IMG/VR virus record: IMGVR_UViG_3300008450_000004
Location: 52,882 to 116,881 of that record
Length of the DNA: 64,000 bases
Direction: 5' to 3' (one strand)
Source of the DNA: a virus
Within the stretch, counting starts at the first letter, position 1, and every line of letters starts with the position of its first letter. Position numbers and translations under genes: made by a program. Positions 61,198 to 64,000 of the stretch are shown one piece after another. The notes under the pieces were generated by a model. That model did not search any database, was not told the DNA's origin, and was given only the letters and a program-made list of their open reading frames with translations.

Positions 61198-61726
61198 AGA
61201 ATTAAATATAAAGCAAAAACTAAGAACAGGTAGTGGTACTTATAAAGATGTATATGATTTATCAACTCGTCCTAATTTAATTGTAAAAGTATTTGATACA
61301 TTAGGTAATGAAAGTGTATATGATGTTCAAGAAGAAGAAGAATTAGGTAAAAAACATCCTGATTTGTTTGCTAAAATAGAAAAAGTAAACTATAAAAAAG
61401 GATATATGATTCAAGAAAAATTAGATAAAGATAAATTTTTAAAAGATGTTGATAATCTTGAAAAAGAAATAATAGCTGAAACTCCTAGTTTTAACTCAAT
61501 AGATATAGTATCTTATTTGTTTGATCATTTATTAAATAATAATAAAGATGCTATTAAAGTTATAAAAAATATATTACAAGATAATAATAATAAAAAATTC
61601 TATAATAAATTAATTACGTATTTATCTAAATTATCTAAAGTCAAAAGAGATGTACATAGGTTAGATGTTCATAAAAAAAATTTTGGATATGATAAACAGG
61701 GTAATATAAAAATGTTTGATATATAA
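61187..61726 (+). CDS. minimal protein-kinase-like protein
   Basis: GSGTYKDVY, IVKV, DVHKKNFG, KMFD. Confidence 0.6.
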   Translation: MIFKELNIKQKLRTGSGTYKDVYDLSTRPNLIVKVFDTLGNESVYDVQEEEELGKKHPDLFAKIEKVNYKKGYMIQEKLDKDKFLKDVDNLEKEIIAETPSFNSIDIVSYLFDHLLNNNKDAIKVIKNILQDNNNKKFYNKLITYLSKLSKVKRDVHRLDVHKKNFGYDKQGNIKMFDI

Positions 61727-62189
61727 TATGTTATACACACAGCCAGCTTTAACAGTTGAAGATTTAATTAATGATGAATTATTTGATCCATCACAATATG
61801 AAGGTTATATTTATATGACTACTAATTTAGAAACAAGTCGTAGTTATATTGGAAAGAAAAATTTCTTTCACAAAACTAATAAAAAACTTAGTAAAAAAGA
61901 AGTAATAGCTTTACCTGTAACACGTGGTAGAACTAAACAAACTAAACTTGTAATAAAACCAAGTGATTGGAAGACATACTATGGCTCAGCTCAAGAAATA
62001 AAAGAAAATCTTAAAAATTACCCTAAAGATAAATTTGTACGAGTAATATTAAAACTATGCAAATCAAAAAAAGAATTAACTTATTATGAAAATAAGTATT
62101 TGTTTCAATACGGGGTATTAGAAGATTCAACTAAATGGATTAACGATAATATTCAAGGACGTTTTTTTACTAAAGATTTGATGGGCTAA
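61716..62189 (+). CDS. GIY-YIG endonuclease (Seg/EndoII-like)
   Basis: GYIY...YIGKK, WKTYYGS, YYE. Confidence 0.8.
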   Translation: MIYNMLYTQPALTVEDLINDELFDPSQYEGYIYMTTNLETSRSYIGKKNFFHKTNKKLSKKEVIALPVTRGRTKQTKLVIKPSDWKTYYGSAQEIKENLKNYPKDKFVRVILKLCKSKKELTYYENKYLFQYGVLEDSTKWINDNIQGRFFTKDLMG

Positions 62190-62212
62190 ATAAAGTTTGT
62201 ATATTCCCTAAA

Positions 62213-63166
62213 ATGGAAAATCAAGCTTTATTAGTATTATTAGAATCTATATTAGGTAAAGGACACTCTACTAGTAAGGGCAATGTAGCATTTCATTGTC
62301 CTTTTTGTAACCACCATAAACGTAAACTAGAAGTTCAACTTGAAACTAATGAAAAAAATGAAAATCCATGGAATTGTTGGACATGCCCTCCTACCAATAA
62401 TTCTAAAGGTAAAACTATAAAATCTCTATTAAAAAAGATAGAGGCGCCTGATGATAAAGTAAAAGAATTAAACTTAATAATTAGACCAGGCAAAGCTAAA
62501 CAGATTATTGAACAAACCGTAAAACTACCAGAAGAATTTATTCCTCTTTATAATGTCAACACAACCGATAAATCCATAAAATTAGCCGCAAGACATGCGA
62601 TTAAATACATTAAAAATAGGGGATTGACGGATCTTGATATTTTAAAATATAACATTGGATTTTGCGCGGAAGGTAAGTATTATAATAGAATAATTATACC
62701 TTCTTATAATGAATTAGGACGTCTAAATTATTTTATAGCACGTGATTTTTCAGATACTTTAGGTCGTAAATATGATAACCCAACTATACCTGTTAAAGAC
62801 ATTATTGGTATGGAATTATACGTTAATTGGGAAGCACCTATAGTATTAGTTGAAGGTATGTTTGATTTCTTAACAATTAAACGTAATTGTATTCCTTTAT
62901 TTGGTAAAGTAATTCATGATATATTAATGAAGAAATTAGTATCATCTGATGTAGAAAAAATATACATAGCATTAGATAAAGATGCAATTAAAGATGCTCT
63001 GAAACATTGTGAGATATTAATGTCTTATGGTAAAGAAGTATACCTAGTAGAATTAGATGGTAAAGACGCAAATACAATAGGTTTTGAGAATTTTCTTAAT
63101 ATTATAGAAAATACATTACCTATTACATTCCAAAGCTTATTAGCAAAAAAATTAAATAATATATGA
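62213..63166 (+). CDS. DNA primase (zinc finger plus TOPRIM)
   Basis: CPFC...CWTC, RIIIP, VEGMFD, LDKDA. Confidence 0.88.
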   Translation: MENQALLVLLESILGKGHSTSKGNVAFHCPFCNHHKRKLEVQLETNEKNENPWNCWTCPPTNNSKGKTIKSLLKKIEAPDDKVKELNLIIRPGKAKQIIEQTVKLPEEFIPLYNVNTTDKSIKLAARHAIKYIKNRGLTDLDILKYNIGFCAEGKYYNRIIIPSYNELGRLNYFIARDFSDTLGRKYDNPTIPVKDIIGMELYVNWEAPIVLVEGMFDFLTIKRNCIPLFGKVIHDILMKKLVSSDVEKIYIALDKDAIKDALKHCEILMSYGKEVYLVELDGKDANTIGFENFLNIIENTLPITFQSLLAKKLNNI

Positions 63167-63948
63167 TAGATAAAAACACAAATGTAATTAAGGATCCTAC
63201 AATTAAACGTATTATACAATACAGTGAAGACAACAAACAAATTAATATCTTAGATCAACGTTTTTATAAACGTAATAGTAAATATTATCCTTCTGTATCT
63301 AGTATATTAAATTATTTTCCTAAAAATCAATTTTTTCATTCTTGGTTAAAAGATGTAGGTCACAATAGCGATATTATAGCATCTAAAGCCGCTGCTGAAG
63401 GTACACAAGTCCACAACGCCGCTGAAAAATTTCTAAATGGTGAAGAAATTGTCTGGATAGAGGAAAACGGCTATGTTAACTATAATTTAGATGTTTGGAA
63501 AATGATTTTAAAATTCACTGAGTTTTGGAATCGTGAAAAACCAGAATTAGTAGCAGCCGAATACCATCTATTTTCAGACCAATATGAATATGCTGGTACT
63601 GCGGATTTAATAGTAAGACTACGTAATAAATTATGGTTACTTGATATTAAAACATCTAACTCATTGCATACTAGCTACGATTTACAACTATCAGCATATG
63701 CTAAAGCATGGAATGAAACCCATGATGAAAAAATAACAGATATAGGAATCATATGGTTAAAAGCAGCTACTCGTGGCGAAGATAAAAAAGGTGAAAAAAT
63801 ACAAGGAGCAGGATGGCAACTAAAAATAATAGATAATATTGAGAAAAACTTTGAAATGTTTACTAAAGTATATGATATATACAAACTAGAAAATCCTGAT
63901 AATATGCCTTATAGCCAAGTATTACCAACATCCGTTAAATTAATATAA
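63163..63948 (+). CDS. PD-(D/E)XK exonuclease
   Basis: YPSVSSIL, GTQVH, AGTAD, DIKTS, QLSAYA. Confidence 0.85.
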   Translation: MIDKNTNVIKDPTIKRIIQYSEDNKQINILDQRFYKRNSKYYPSVSSILNYFPKNQFFHSWLKDVGHNSDIIASKAAAEGTQVHNAAEKFLNGEEIVWIEENGYVNYNLDVWKMILKFTEFWNREKPELVAAEYHLFSDQYEYAGTADLIVRLRNKLWLLDIKTSNSLHTSYDLQLSAYAKAWNETHDEKITDIGIIWLKAATRGEDKKGEKIQGAGWQLKIIDNIEKNFEMFTKVYDIYKLENPDNMPYSQVLPTSVKLI

Positions 63949-64000
63949 TTTATATATTTATAATATATAACATTATGTTTAGATATGAATAAAATACAAG

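Noticed and set aside
5761-63884. short antisense or nested ORFs in the track (e.g. 6677, 11689, 26508, 34978, 35962, 42171, 42397, 54943, 63675)
   Set aside because: They shadow stronger genes or RNA elements and show no recognisable motifs.

Overview
AT-rich segment of a large lytic myovirus-type (jumbo-like) phage genome. The host is probably a Bacteroidota, judged from TAnnTTT-type promoters and the gene families present. Genetic code 11 is used and genes lie almost entirely on the + strand. Layout: 1-12.4 kb is a nucleotide-sugar/glycan modification cluster with SAM by-product salvage genes. 12.4-36 kb holds ClpP, a lysis-like membrane cluster, phosphoesterases, thyA with a GIY-YIG homing endonuclease, and many small accessory genes. 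36-42 kb is a promoter-dense early-type region with duplicated modules. 42.5-44.5 kb is a minus-strand RNA cluster. 44.6-64 kb encodes a late sigma factor, baseplate/tail module, kinase-like protein, primase and exonuclease. Two features stand out. (1) At 30.18-32.41 kb, five tandem integron-like cassettes, each an AAC-stem-loop-GTT site plus a body with its own terminal inverted repeats, sit directly upstream of an IntI-like tyrosine recombinase. Two cassette ORFs start inside the recombination hairpin. (2) At 42.5-44.5 kb, five tRNA-scaffolded RNAs keep the acceptor, D and T arms but have replaced or non-canonical anticodon domains, and they alternate with other structured ncRNAs. All calls come from reading the sequence by eye; no database searches or folding programs were run.
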